The position numbers and the translations under genes were made by a program. From NCBI RefSeq assembly GCF_964355755.1, contig NC_092675.1, positions 21,796,912 to 21,860,911 on the forward strand: 64,000 nucleotides of DNA, written 5' to 3'. The stretch comes from Antedon mediterranea (Eukaryota > Animalia > Echinodermata). Each line of letters begins with the position of its first letter. Positions within the stretch are counted from its first letter, which is position 1. The notes under the pieces were generated by a model. The model did not search any database and was not told the DNA's origin. It saw nothing but the letters and a program-made list of their open reading frames with translations. Shown piece after piece: positions 35,501-50,500 of the stretch.

Positions 35501-38500
35501 AATTAATTTTCATAAATATTTTGTAAACCATCTTTTTAATGAGTTAGAGTAGCACTGACCATGTTGTTTATAAACTTCATATATAAAACGGTCATAGCAC
35601 TGGCCATGATGTTTATAAACGCCCTATATAAAATTGTCATAGCACTGGCCATGATGTTTATAAACTCCCTATATAAACGGTCATAGCACTGGCCATGTTG
35701 TTTATAAACTTTCTATATCAAATAGTCATAGCATTGATCATGTTGTTTATAAACTCCCTATATAAAACAGTCACATGAATAGAGAAATGTAAATTCATTC
35801 AAAGCAATTTGACAGCAGTGTTACAACAGGATTTATGATGCTTCATTGTACGCAAGGGAGCAAGTCATCAAATTATAGTTTTAATCAAGAAATACAATCT
35901 AAGACCTTTCAATGAATATAGTTAAAATTGTCCTTTATTAATTATATCTCAATATTCAACATATGGACGATATTTGCTAAGATATTTATTATGTAGGGAT
36001 GTACATGAATTACTTATTACAAAAAGTTGTGAGGAAATTCATGTCAAATTAGAGTTTTAATGAAGAAATACAATCCAAGGTGACCTGTTCATGGTATCCG
36101 ATTTGGTAAAGTATTGTACTTTTTGAAAACCTCTAAATTGTGGTTTTTTAATGTTCTTACTAACTTTTACCATAAACAAGAAACAAATTTCTTCTAATTT
36201 TCTTTCTTAATTTACTAATAGAGATTTTGATATGCGACGACTGATGACAAAACTATTAAGTCATGTTAATACATTGTGGAAATATTGGGAGATGTGTCCT
36301 CTCTCATCTCCAGACAGTTTGATGTTTCTAGGTCCAGACAGGATTTGTTGTTGATCCCTGGTCGTCGCAAATTAAAAGCTCCCTATTATTTGGATAATTT
36401 AATTTTTCTCAGTTAATATTAGTGCCACTGCAAACATTATATTATAAAATTACATAGTTTTTAAAATATAGAATTTCATTTCTTGTAAATTACACCAGAT
36501 TAAATTTTTGATGTATTAAAGGTTGTGGTTGGTTATCACACGAACAGTATTGTAGCAATCTTATTTCTTCCGAGATAGTGGAATTGTTACCTTAATATGG
36601 TAATATCATAATCCTTCAATCAATCTAAACTAACTTTAATCAAATGCTACTACTACATTGAATGTCCAAGAAGTTCAATCAAGTACACTGACTTAGTAAA
36701 ATGTCACACAAGAAGATACCCAAGTACATGTAAAACTGTATTAAAACCAGTTTATGGTTTAGTAAATCTTTTTATTTAGGATGCTTGTATCATAACCCCA
36801 CATCCCGAAATGGTTAGGTAAGGCAACTCCCTGGGTAAGGTATCATATAAGCCTAACCAAATATTAATACAGGTGCCACATGTGATAATATGTTACACTG
36901 TCTTATATAATTTGCCTACATTACGATACTGGACAGATAATGACCTATGTGAAGATACAGTACAGTATAATACAGGTAATATATTTTAAATTCTGAAACT
37001 TGTTTACAGTTTGGTTTGGTGTTTTTTTATTTAATTAAAAATAATTAAAGCATTTAATTTGTTTTATTAAAGCTTGAGTATTCCTATTAAACGATATTCT
37101 TATCATTCTTTCACTTTCTTTCAAACTAAGAAAGCTCATTGGATAGAGTTCTCAACCAATCAGAGGCTTTGTTGATTTCACTTACAGTGTTATTAATCTA
37201 CACACTTATGTTCGACAAGCATTAACTAAAGCACTATCAAATGATTTGCCAGATGGATGACATTGCACAGACAAGTAAGTATTCTGACTTTATCATTAAG
37301 AAAATAGTAACAATTTAGCAACCAACGTTAGTCTTTAGATAGATTATGCAATGTTCATTTTTAGGTTTTATAGATCATTTTAGATACATATTAGCAAAGT
37401 ATTGTAATGCTTGGTTCACTTTGTGGCCTAAAGGCTTTCACACCATACTATGGAAATGACGGTTAACATACACTTATATACTTTGATTTTGAAGTTTTTT
37501 ACCGTATTATATATTTTTCAATTAGGTATTTACAATCAATATTAAATTCTGGTTCCCAGCGTAGGCACAAGACAAGGGAGTTGTCCAATTACAAGCAACA
37601 GTTTGGATAATCCATTCGCATTGTGATAGGTCAAATTAGTTTTTCAGTTTACGCACTTGTGTTGTGGGATCCAAGCTTTGCAATTCGTGAGATTGTGCTT
37701 TACTACCAATCATCATCACAATAAATGCAATTGGGTCATCAGCATTATTATTCAAAACTATATCCACTATAATTCATATTAACGCTTTCAGCTGTACTGT
37801 AGTTCAGCAAGCCAGTCAATATCACATGATTAAATATTCACTCATTCAGCGATAAAGAATACATTCAATCAAATATTTCTAATACAGAATTCATCTTCTT
37901 GTATGACATATGGATCACAATGCATGAAATTAATAATAAAAATCAATACTGTCAGGCTAGAAATAAACCAATTTTATAGGGATATGAATTAAACTGATGA
38001 TAACCCAAGACAATTTCACAGGAGAGAAAACTAATTAAAGTGTTAGTTGATAACATGTTTGCCGGTCATAGTAATACTGGAATGGAATCTATTTGAAACA
38101 TAATCAGAAGTGTGTTCTTGATTATGTGAATTAGAAGACATAAGCAAAAAACACAAAATTCAAATGGGCACATCATCATATTCAGAATCATTTCATAATT
38201 ATTTTCTATAAGAGGGTAGGCATGCTTTGCTAATACGATAGGGCCAAGGTACTGTAGGGTTTCTTCTATTTTATCAAATCTATATGTTGTAGAATATCCG
38301 TTCTAAGACGGTCATTTCGACAATTGGCATTATGTCTGCCTATCTGAAAATTAAAAACAATTTATAATAGAAGACAGCAAGCCATGGGGATGATAACATG
38401 AAATTGGAAAAATGCAATATAATTTTACAGAATTTATTATCTCAATAAAAAATTAGATTCTATGTTAAATTTTCAGCTCAGAATTGATTAGTGGGTTGAC

Positions 38501-41500
38501 TTTAATATATTGAGACAAACTTTGGATATAATTTCATTCTACACTTTGGATATAATGTCATTCCATGACAGTGAAATAAACTGAATTTCAAAGTTGAATA
38601 AAATCCTCTACGCCACAAACTTTGTCTTCTGTAGAAATGGACACCATTCAGCACAAATTTCATTGCAATAAAACTCAATACATCCATCTTCCTATCACTA
38701 AATTAGAACGTCTCCTTTGGGGAACTTCTATTCTTCAGGAGGATAATCATATAGAGTTAACACATTCAGGTAGAAACAAACAAGGGGCAAGACTGTATGT
38801 TTTAACACCATAACTAACACTTTAGAAGGCATCCCCCAGGTGTTCTGTATTGATAATATTGTAGGCTCTTAATATAACCAACTACTACTATGCGTTTTTT
38901 AAATTTTTTTATATACCGTATATATATATTTTTATTGTTAAATCATACAATGTTTTAGCGCAATGGATGCAGCTGTTTGTTGTACACCAATCTGTATGAA
39001 ACATAGTAGGAGTCACTGCTAGTAACAATTTTCTTTTATTTTAGACAACATAATAATTTCATTCTTAAAACATTTGAAATGTTGGTTGGGGTCAAACATC
39101 TTAGAACTATGTAATGTATTGGGAAACACACTGTAAACAAGCAGTTGGCATCATTACTTTAAGTGCCTAAACTAACTGACTATTATATAAGTGGTACATG
39201 TCCACAATGAATGTTACTGTATCATTAACACGACTACAGTTCTGTATACGATAGAGCTCACTCACACACATTAAAATTTGAAGAAACTCATTTGACTGAC
39301 AAGTTAATTTCACCTCTAAAATTGTCTCATCTAAATTAAGCATGACAAGATAAGGATTTGTATATTAAACCATGGAGAAATTAGTTTGTAAACTAATGAG
39401 TCCATAATTAAAACATTGGTATATCCGTAGTTCTTTTCTGAACAGGAATAAACAAAAGATAAATCCACTTCAAACATTTTAATTTTCTTGTCTCATTATT
39501 CTATTCTAAAATAACTTTATTTATATCCTGTTCACTGACTACATTCATTAACAAAACCGTGAAACAAAAAACCATTCTACCAAACATCATTAGAACAAAG
39601 TATGTTATTACGCTAACTCAGCCATACGCATTAGACCCACAGTCTTGAAATTATTCATGGGTTATTTAGTAAATTACATTTCAGATTCCTGTAGTGGCAA
39701 CATTTGAGAAAGAAGGGGGGGGGGGTGAAACACACACAGAAATGTTATAATCGGCTATGATATTAACTGAAACTAACTAGGGGAAATTCCTTTTAAAAAT
39801 GTTGAAATTATCAAGATTAATAAGTCTACAATATGCTAAATAACCGAGACAAAAGTACTGTTACTGTAGCATTACACAAATTGTGACAGGTCTTCCCAAA
39901 TTAGACACAGTTTGTCTACACGAATGTCTACAAACTGATATATTTATAGTTCATCAACAGACCATCTGATTACTTTGTATTTTTTCTTATATAAAGCAAT
40001 AGTTGATGTTACTATAATGTCTTGCTCACATTGGAGTTAATTTGGTAAAATTAACCAAGTCCAAAGTGGCCAAAGAAAAGAAATTTTCTAAGGGTTGAAT
40101 TAAAAGACCAATGCCTGTCCAGAACATACTGTAGTCTTGTTAAAACTAAACCATGCTGGCTAAAAAGTTTTTATAGTGGACATATCAATTGTCATGAGAA
40201 CAATTTGTTTCTTGGTTAGAACTTTTACCTACATACCAACAATCTCCAAATAAATTCTATTTAGGCCTACAACTAAAAAATAAATTTAAAAATTATCCAG
40301 AACAGAAATTGGGTTCAACAAACGAAAAACAAATAAAAGGTTCATACTAAAAAATCAAAACAAAAGTGAATGTTTCTCATCTTTGTTTATATCTTATTTT
40401 TACTCCAGAGACTGCAAAGCTTTTATTTATTAATTTACTGAACTCCGACAGCAGTCTATCATATCAACTAAAGAAACGCTGTGGATTTGATGCAGTTGCC
40501 TTGTCAAGATTGAAGAAACACTTTGCTTAAGTGAAACAAGAGCAAGTACAATTGGCAATCCAGTGTATAATCAATGGATCCAATGTGGTGATAGTATGAT
40601 GTACACGCTGTAGTAATACAGTATCCCCTGTAAGTAATAATTCACTGTTCTTTCAGATTTTTAATGCTAAGAACTGAAATGAAATATTACAGAGATTGAT
40701 TCATTGGCCTTCAATGTTTGAATTTATTCTAACTATTTTTTCTGTCTATCAGTATCACACCTATCAATATGTTTGATCATTGCCATATTATTCAGATTTC
40801 AATGTACAGTATTACTGTACGATCAACTATATGTTATGGAATGCCGTTTACGCAACATTTCGATGATATGAATTTTATGAAGCGATATGTGAATGAAATG
40901 CATCGATATGATTTGGATGGCGCGATATATGAATTAAATGTTTTTAATTGAATGCTTTGAATTGAATTTTTTGAATTGAATTGAAAAGTCAAACTATTGG
41001 CGGCGTATGTCATTTCACGATTTGTTCTCAACCTCTTAAGCTGGGGTACCCTTAACTCCTAGCCATGCTATCATCAATATGGATCCTTTACAGAGAATCC
41101 TAACAGACCTGAAACAGTGGAATGCATATTTCCAAACCCGGGTCTGTTAGGATTCTCTGTAAGGGATCCATATTGATGACAGCGTGGAAAGGAGATGAGG
41201 GTACCCAGGCTAAAGAGGTTGAGAAAAAAATCGCGAGCGGGAATGACATACGCCGCCAATACTTTGACTTCAAAACATTCAATTCAAAACATTTCATTTA
41301 AAACATTTCATTCAAAACATTTAATTCAAAACATTTCATTCAAAACAGTCAATTCAAAGCATTCAATTTAAAACATTTAATTTATATATCGCGCCATTCA
41401 ATTCATATCAATGCATTTCATTCACATATCGCGTCATAAAATTCATATCATCGAAATGTTGCGTAAACGGCGTTCCATAATATGTAAATATTAGATGTAT

Positions 41501-44500
41501 TGTCTACTGTATAGTGAGTCTATTGTTTTTGTCCTCTGCTATGTACAACTAGTAATTGCCTTCTGTATATTAACCTGTCATAGGCTACAAGTACAAGCAC
41601 TTCTATATTACTGTAGTACTGTGAGGCACTGTACTCAATATTTACAGTCAGTTTAGGGTCTTATTATCAATTTCCTTTTCAGAAGAATAAATATTTTTTT
41701 TTTACAAAAAGCATTAAAGCATAGGTCTGCTGTCTCCATATCTGTTTTTCTGCATTAATAAATGTTATTTCCAGAGGCAACATTCATCCAAAAATATTAA
41801 TGGATTCTATTTGAAATTGCTTCATAATGATTGATTTGTTACTAGGGTCTAAGGACAAGGCGCAGGTGCGTCAGATCAATTACATGATGCAAAATTAATT
41901 GGATCTATTGAATGGTGTCAGTGGGCAGACTATATGCCTAACAGTACTACATCAATGTATAAATTAATGTTATAATTCAGGAAGACATTAGCTAGATGGA
42001 ATATATCATTGAGAGGTTTGTATAATAAATTCATAGATAGATTAGATTTTATTGACATAAAACTCTACATATACATACTGAAATTTTAGTTTAAAGTGAT
42101 AAATTATGTAGCTATATAATATTATACATGATCTATGATTAGACCTCCTGAGTCTCTTGATTAACAGTGGGAGTTCCCCAATATGTCAAGTGACCTCCCA
42201 CTAATTTCTACAAATTGTTTTGGCTTTATAAAAAACATCCTGATAGTAATATATTTACCATTTAGGCTTTACTACTAGACCCCTTTAACTAAAGGTAAAA
42301 AAATGCGTCCAATACTGGCAAGGTTTTAAAAAATGAAAACATTTTAAAGCTGATTAAATGTCTATCAATCCATCAAATTGTGTTATTAGTGTTTGACGAT
42401 AATCCTTGATTCAAGTATATTTGTAAATTAGTCAAATACAAGAATTTTACCATTTATTTCAACTTTTTAATTACAATGTTGATTAAACATGAATAATGAA
42501 TTCAAAAAACAAACAGCAAAATACAACCTTCTGTGTTCATGTAAGGATATTCAGGCCGCAATTTTTTTTTTCGTACATAAGTTGGGGACCTCTTTTGTGA
42601 AAGATAGCTGAACTACTTCCTAAATATAACTAAACCTAACCTACTATTTTAATCTCTCTCGCTATAAAGTAAAAAGAAGTTGCTCATGGGATTCAAACCC
42701 TATACACCGACATGTAAAGTCCATAGTCTAATCCATTTGACTAAACAGACGGCGCGACAGAAAGCGTTTGCATTAGTGAATTGTTGTTAGATCAATTCAC
42801 ACCTTATGGGTATGAATAATGAATTTTCATGTTTATTTTGTGACATTTTATGAGAGGCCCCAACTTATGTACGAAAAGAAATATGGCATCCAGGCCAACT
42901 ATGTTGATGTTCAGACCAATATAATTAATGGTGCTTCAGTGTATAACACTTGGTATATGTACAGTTATTATTCTAGCGCAACAGTAAACTCATTGACAAT
43001 ATTCAAATGCAATACATAGTGTCTTGGTAATTATTTCCCAAAGTATCACTTATTCTGACAATCAATTATGCAATTTTAGTGACACAATAGCTGTCAGATT
43101 AAATTTGTATATTTTGGTCAGATTTAAATTCAATTTATGGAGTATCATTAATCAAAAATCACCTTGTTTTAAAGGGCACATTACCTAGTAATTTATAAGT
43201 TTGAATGCTAAGTTAATAAATATTCTGTACTACTTCAGTTGTATGCTGTACAATTACAATAGACTCACTTGCAGATGTGCAATACATCAAACTGTTCTGT
43301 TGCAAGCAATAACCAATTAATAATCGTTTGAATAATAATTACCCTAATTTCTTGGTCAGTAAATTCAAGAAAATTTTAAAAAACAAGAAAATAACAGTTA
43401 CAAACATGGGTTATAATGTGCGACTTTTATCTACAACTCAAAATAATGGTTATATCATTGACCCTGTTGACCTTCAGATCAACTCATTTGAGCATATTGG
43501 ATTTTGAGTAAAGTTTTTACTTCGACAATCACCGACTGATTTTATTTGGGAACACCAATTTACACAGAAATTGTGGTCAATAAATTGTATTCTTAATAAT
43601 AAGTGAACAAATAAACTGTTATTTAACATTGCAGCAGAAACAGGGCCAGTGTGTTGTAGGTACTGGTGAGCACACAGAAAAAGAAGTAGATATTCACATA
43701 GAAACTGATCAGGAACATGCTTATCACTTGGCAGCAGTGTCTGTATACAGTATGTATGTAAAGTAATTTCAGTCTGGCGTCAGCTGTATTTCAAGATTTA
43801 GATTAGTTTAATTAACATTAGCTATAATAATTACAAAATATCCCTTTTCTCATAAACATTTCAACTTCAATAATATTTTACATTACTACAATATGCATAA
43901 AATATTATTGTAAATTATTTAATTTTAATTCATTCATTAACTACATGCAGAATTCTGTTAAAAATTAATTTAATGCACATCCATGGTTTATATTTATAGT
44001 ATATCTTGTTTCTGTGACTGACAAGTTTTTGGAAATAAAGTAAGGCAATATTTGAAAATGAAAAGTGAAAAAGCAGCTATAGAAATATAGGGGAGGGGGT
44101 CAATAAAGATGTAATTGAATTCATCTAGGCCTACAAAGAATAATGTTCAGAACATCAAATTTCCTTTGTAGAAAACAGTAGCGTATGTATTATTTGTCAC
44201 TTTGAGTAGATAATCAACAGACTTCGCTACAAAACCTCCTCGCGATTTATATGTGAGAAGTGGGAGTAGATCACTGTGAGATGTTTACGAGTGACCAGTC
44301 AAGTATACTTACTTACGCATTTTATTGTTTTCACCTTCATCTTTCATTAATATAATGTACACCTCCACCGTACAGTTCAGTTTTTCAAAAACAATGGTCA
44401 AACGTTACTGAAACACGCATTTGGATTTTTTTTTCTCCTGCTATTTAGGAATGTTGGTGATGAGGAAATATTATTTTTTTTGCAAACTGCTCAAATATGT

Positions 44501-47500
44501 CCAAATTATTATTGAAATATGAAATACAAGATTTAGAAAAAAAATTATACAGATGATATTACCTTGCTGATGCCTTACAGAATCCATTGAATTCGGCATA
44601 ATTGACGGTGAATTTCCAACTCCTTGAGGCTAAAGTCAAAGTAAAAAAAAACATCAATCTATTAGAGAAGTTTGCATCATCAAAATGATTGATTAAAATA
44701 GATGGCAGTAAAGACAAATTGTACTTGGTCAGTAACAAAAATTAGAGGGCAGTATAACTAAATCAATCCATATCAGAATACCTAATGTTACCACCAGTCT
44801 ACTAATCTTAATGCAGAAGGATTGATTATAAATATATTATGAATATTATTATTTATTATTATTCACCCCAATTTCCAGTGATGTTGCCACAAGAAATAAA
44901 GTGGAACTGTTTTTGCAAGAAAAGGGAACAATCTTTGTTCAAGCCACTTGGTTGTCAAGGCCTGAAGAAGTGGTCAGGTTGAAACCTTATCAACCTTACT
45001 GGTGGCTATCGCCCTGAATTATGTGTGTAAAGTGGTCGCTTTGATAAGAAGTTTCCAGGAGCTAAGGTATATTCGTTTTAAAGGATTGGAGTTTCTTTTA
45101 GACTCTTCAAAGAAATTTGCTATTTTATTAATTCTTGTGAAATTGTTTTATAAATAAAAAAATATGTATATTCTTACTTGACTGGCAGGCATTCTAACAG
45201 GACCTCGTGGGCCAGGATATCGTGGTGATATAAATGGCTGAAATGCAAAGAAGATGATAATAAAAAGAAAGTTACAAAGTGGACACACGAACAATTATAA
45301 TGTAAGTGCATTGTATATTATTGGAAAGCAGACAAATATATGTGGCAAGTATCGTCTACAGTATATAATTAATAATAATATAATTAACCAGAAAAAAGTA
45401 TAAGAAATCAAATAATTTTTAATAAGGTTGGTAAAGCTATATCGACATGATAACATGGGAACGAATCATTAAATAACCCAAATTCATATATTATATAGTT
45501 TGCACATTACAGAATATTTCATTCAGATTCTGAACGTTCTTTTAATTTATTTATTGGACTGTCAAACCAGAATAAGTAGAATTATGATCAAAGATAGTTT
45601 ATGACAGATATGACCTTTTAGTTATTACGGTATATATGGTATTTTGTCAAAATATTAGGGCCTCGTTTATTATTACAGGGTCTATGGGACACATTCAAAA
45701 CTAACTTTGTACTTTCATAGAAAATGGCTCAAGTATTTTACAACATACAAACCTGGCCCAGGGAAGATGCTTTGACACAAAGAGCTTTTATTGTTATTCA
45801 TGATTGAACAGGAAGATATGTAGGGGAAAGACGATTACTACATACTGTATTAAGTGGTACAATAATTTGGGTAGGAGATTTTCAAAATTTACATTGTCAT
45901 CTATACTTTGGATAAATTCATGAATTATTAAACTAATTAAAATAATAACATATGATGGCACATTATCAGACATCGATTTTGATGTGCAGAACCTCATTTG
46001 AGTATAGTCGCATATGGTTGAATTGAATTGAGGGCCCAGTTATGATCAGTGGCTCGAAAGATTTACTAGATGCTTTACAAGTGCACATGAGCTAGATGTG
46101 TACACTGGACATACGGTTTATAGTCTTTATCCGAGAAAACTTGTTCTACCACCAGAACCATGGAGCGAGTGAGCCTCAAACCCTTGTCGATGTTATGAAT
46201 ATTACGGTTCCACTGTCTTAACCGCTCAGCCACTAACTCATAACTTAACGTAATCAAGATAGCATAATCTATTGTGCTGCCCTCAATGTGCTTAAAGATC
46301 AACATGTTCACAAAATATCAATATCTGGACACTATCAAGATTCATTACAGCAAATAAGGGTCTTTTATGAAAATTTTAGATTTGTTTTATTGAATGAAGT
46401 ATTCTTTATTCATAATTTCTAATTTAATTGTGAATAAGATATATACCATCCCAATTGTACAACGTTGTATTTGTCCGTACATCTTGTATCCATTTGTAAA
46501 ACTAATTCCTAAATACACAAGGTTTTTTAAAAGAAATGTATGTAGTTGCTTGATGCATCATGAATATCAAATGGAACACCCTGTTTGACACATGTGCGGT
46601 CTGAAAAATCATTTTGAATAGTTTATTTATCTCCATTTCCATATCTGTATTAAAAAAGTCCAAATTTCCTTTCCTGAAGTCTTAAATAAACAAAAAAAAG
46701 CCACATTATTTTGAGCATATAATGTGATAAGTAGCATAAGTTGCAAAAATTTAAAGATTATTAATTCATTTTTCTTTCAGGTACCAAAGTAAATATACTA
46801 TGGGAATCATTAAACATGGTATAAATAATTATAAGGTAATGTATAGTTCTTGTTTACTACTATGGATGCTTTGTGTTTAATTGTTTAGCAAGGTAAAACA
46901 ATAGGTTTTGCAAAAATATTCAGCATTGTTATCATCTTGCAGGCCTCCTTTACTACCATTTTGTGTATATTGACAAACCCCTTGATGTTGGGAATCTAAA
47001 CATCTGTCAAGTACAAACCTTTATATTATGTGTGAGATTTCTCGAAAAGCTAAGATTTCTATCTGAAGTCGTACACACAATATTTCACAGTTTGCGTACA
47101 GTACAGTAGGTTAATGTTCGAATAAGATTCAATACATTTATAGTATAGTATGATGGGATTTTTATTATTAGTAACAAGTTTGAAAGGCAAATTATTTAAA
47201 AAATAACAATCTGTGTGTGGGACCTCAATGGATACAACTAAAATAAGAAAAAAAAATACATCCACAAAGAAATTTTGCAGCGCTTTCGGATAGCACTAAC
47301 CCTTTCTCAGTGCAATAGAACAAATATTAAAGATTTTTTTAATATCAATTACTTTAGTAGAGTGGTTCTAAAGTTCTAAGACTTTCCAACAAGCATGATA
47401 TAGCATACAGAATAAAAAGTCCTATATTATTTTATTTGTATGGTATATAGTTTTGAACAAATAGCACAAATGCTTAGCGCGACAACTAAAAATTCCATTG

Positions 47501-50500
47501 CATTAATGGTTTAAATTGGATTTTGTTTCATCAGTGACTGTTTTCCATAGGGAAGGAGGGAATATCATGCTTGTCACTGCATTCAGCATGCGTAGAAGTG
47601 AATAATTTCCGGCATGGATATTTAACAGTGAACAGTAGCAGATCCCAAAGCCATTGCCAGATTCTAGTCTGATTCATGTAGTTCAAAACATCATAATAGC
47701 AATGAACTACAGTATTGTTCAATTTGATGATGATTCCTAGTTTGAGTCCACAACAATAATATAGAGGGAGAGTGAAGGTAGAAAAATCTAGTAGATTCCT
47801 ATAACATGTCCACAAACAAAAGGAGGGCAAAATACAAAGTTATACATTGCCATTGACAATTTCTCAGTAAAGTTTCAACCTACAGTATGTTTAAAAAGGT
47901 AACATCTACCACAATCAATGTTATCTATCACAAGTCTAGCGCCACCAATGATAACATTTTACAATACAGCACTAGCTGTTTGTTTAAACTATTTATGTAC
48001 GGTAATCTATAACTGACACCATGTTAAATACACTCTTTTTTTTTATCATTTAAAATTCCCTTGGATTGAAAGATATCTTAATATTCTGGAGACTTCTAAA
48101 TATTAAAACTGCAAAGTTTAGAATATCTCCTTATATTCAAATTTTACCTCCCTCTCTGCAATTGTATGTGTAAAATCATAACATAATAAATCAAAATCCA
48201 ATCTTTCTATAGAATTATTGATAATTTTTCATTCTTAACTCTACAGATATAGTAAGTAGCTCAGCAACATTTGAACTCGCATATTATAAAGAATGAGATG
48301 AACAGCAGATTATGAACTCTGAATTTAAAAATACAAATTAACAAGATCACCAGTACACAGTAGACACAGTAGTAGTAATTTAATTTAAAAATGTTTTATT
48401 TTGTCTTGTGAAAATGTGTTTCAAATATTGAATGGTTCTTATTACCTTCAAAGTACTAGTGTAGGCACATGTCCTCTCATCGCTTAACCAGGGGTAACCT
48501 CCTTCACAAAAATAACTTTAAATGTATTGTAACTACAGGTTAGTAGGTGTGTGCTGTGCTAATATTTTTCACACCCTTATTAAAACTTTTCCTAATTTTG
48601 GTTCACGAAAATGAAATTTTATACAAGTTTTTGTTTAAAAATGTGTTAAATATGGAGAAGTTGGCATTCAAACACTAGATAAAAAGAACATCTTCTACGT
48701 TTATTTTATTAAGTTATGTTCAAATATATATGTGATGTTGCAATTTTTCCAGCACTTGATCTTATCAAATTGTAATCTGTTGGAACTGTATGAATCAGTG
48801 CAATACTTATTAATTTGCCTTCTGGGATTTTAAGTACCAGATCTCAATATGAAAGAAGGGAAATGGTTTTAATTGTAACACACTCTGTGAATGAGCTACT
48901 GATTTCCCCAACTTCCTTGAGGATCTGTCGAACGATAGCCCCTTCTTCCACTATCTGGGGCTAGTCAAGGGTTGGGCCACTGTTGCTGCTGTACCCAGAT
49001 GTGTAGATAATAGTAACACAAACACAAACCCCTTTATCTGTCACCAAAATGTCTTAAATGGCTTTTAACCCAAAACACAGTACACTTTACTAAATTAGGC
49101 AGATGAAAACTACTGTTTTTAAATTAATTGCAATTTAGTCAAATTAATGGCCTAGAAAAAAAAAGTTCCTATTCATCAGCTGCTATATCCTTAAATTTTC
49201 TTTTACAATTTTCAAATTTCAATAGACTGATAACTAATCTAATACACATAACGTAATAATTTCATATTGTATTAGTATAGTAGGTAACACTGTACATTCT
49301 TTATTAATCGTTAAAACAATATAACATTCTTTATGTTTGGTGGTGTTTATTGTAGTTTACTCAATTTGTCCAAAGTGGTACATTTCAGTAGCAGTATAAT
49401 TGGAACATTTTAAAGTTTATGTTCAACTTATGCTAATAAGTTTGGTGTTTGGTTAACATTAATAAACCGGTAATTCAAATTCAGAAAGCATAACGAAAAT
49501 CTTCATACTCAATGCACATTCAACATTGCTGCTTTCTGTTACCAAAATCACTAAAATACTGTACTATACTTTTAAATTCCTGTACTGCATAGTCTATAAA
49601 GTTTATTTTATGGCCTTTAACCATCCCAACCTAATTCCAATACTTCGCCCATTTAATAAACTCCTGGATGCCTGAAAGTGCTATTTTTATTATGTCTACC
49701 GACCCTTAACCCTATCTCCCCCACCCCCTCTACACTTGCTGGTATATCTTTACACAACTCATTCTGTGCAGAAACACTTCACAAGACAGCCATGCACCAT
49801 CATGGCACAAATTGTTCTTCCATTGTTCCATCCATAAGCCTGGATGTATGCAACCGTGAACCATTTCATGTGTTTGATACACAATTACGACATTTTGTAG
49901 GAATATTCAAATTTCAACCTTGAGAATTTTAGCCCTTTTAATGTACTGTACCTCTGTTCACCTTTACTTCAACCCCACCATTATTAGAACAATTTGGTGA
50001 TTTACTGTAGTTTTGGTATAGAGTAGAAATCCTTATTTAGGACATTTTCGCACTTTTATTTGACTCAATAATACTGTATTACAAACATTTTCACCAAATT
50101 TGGAAATCCTGAAACCGTTGTAGAATGTTTGGAGACACTCGCTTTTCAATTGTCATGTAAATATGTAATCTATATAATTATTTCAAACTATATAAATATA
50201 CATTACACATGGTTTCAAATTTGTTTTTTATGCAAATTATTTTTCAGAGCGTCTTGATATGGTCAGGTCAGATCCCTGAGACTTAATTCAGTGCCTTGAA
50301 AAACTGAGGATCTGTTCATATCTGCGTATGGTTTTACATCCTACTCCATAGGTCTGGAAGCTACCTAACAAGATTAGTTAGGAAATACTAGTGAGACACA
50401 TCACACCAACCAAATTGTTTGTAAGTGGTTGCCATTTATGGCAATAATAATGTAACCTCAACTGTGAGATCCAGTAGGTTTGATATGTAACTTGTGTAGA

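Noticed and set aside
35550-35773. Regular repeat array as a possible CRISPR
   Set aside because: Units are contiguous 45-mers with no unique spacers, eukaryotic intron context and no cas genes; plain minisatellite.
39617-39643. Possible poison micro-exon in SSBP (DCGSNAYG*)
   Set aside because: Weak AAG acceptor without a pyrimidine tract and no supporting homology.
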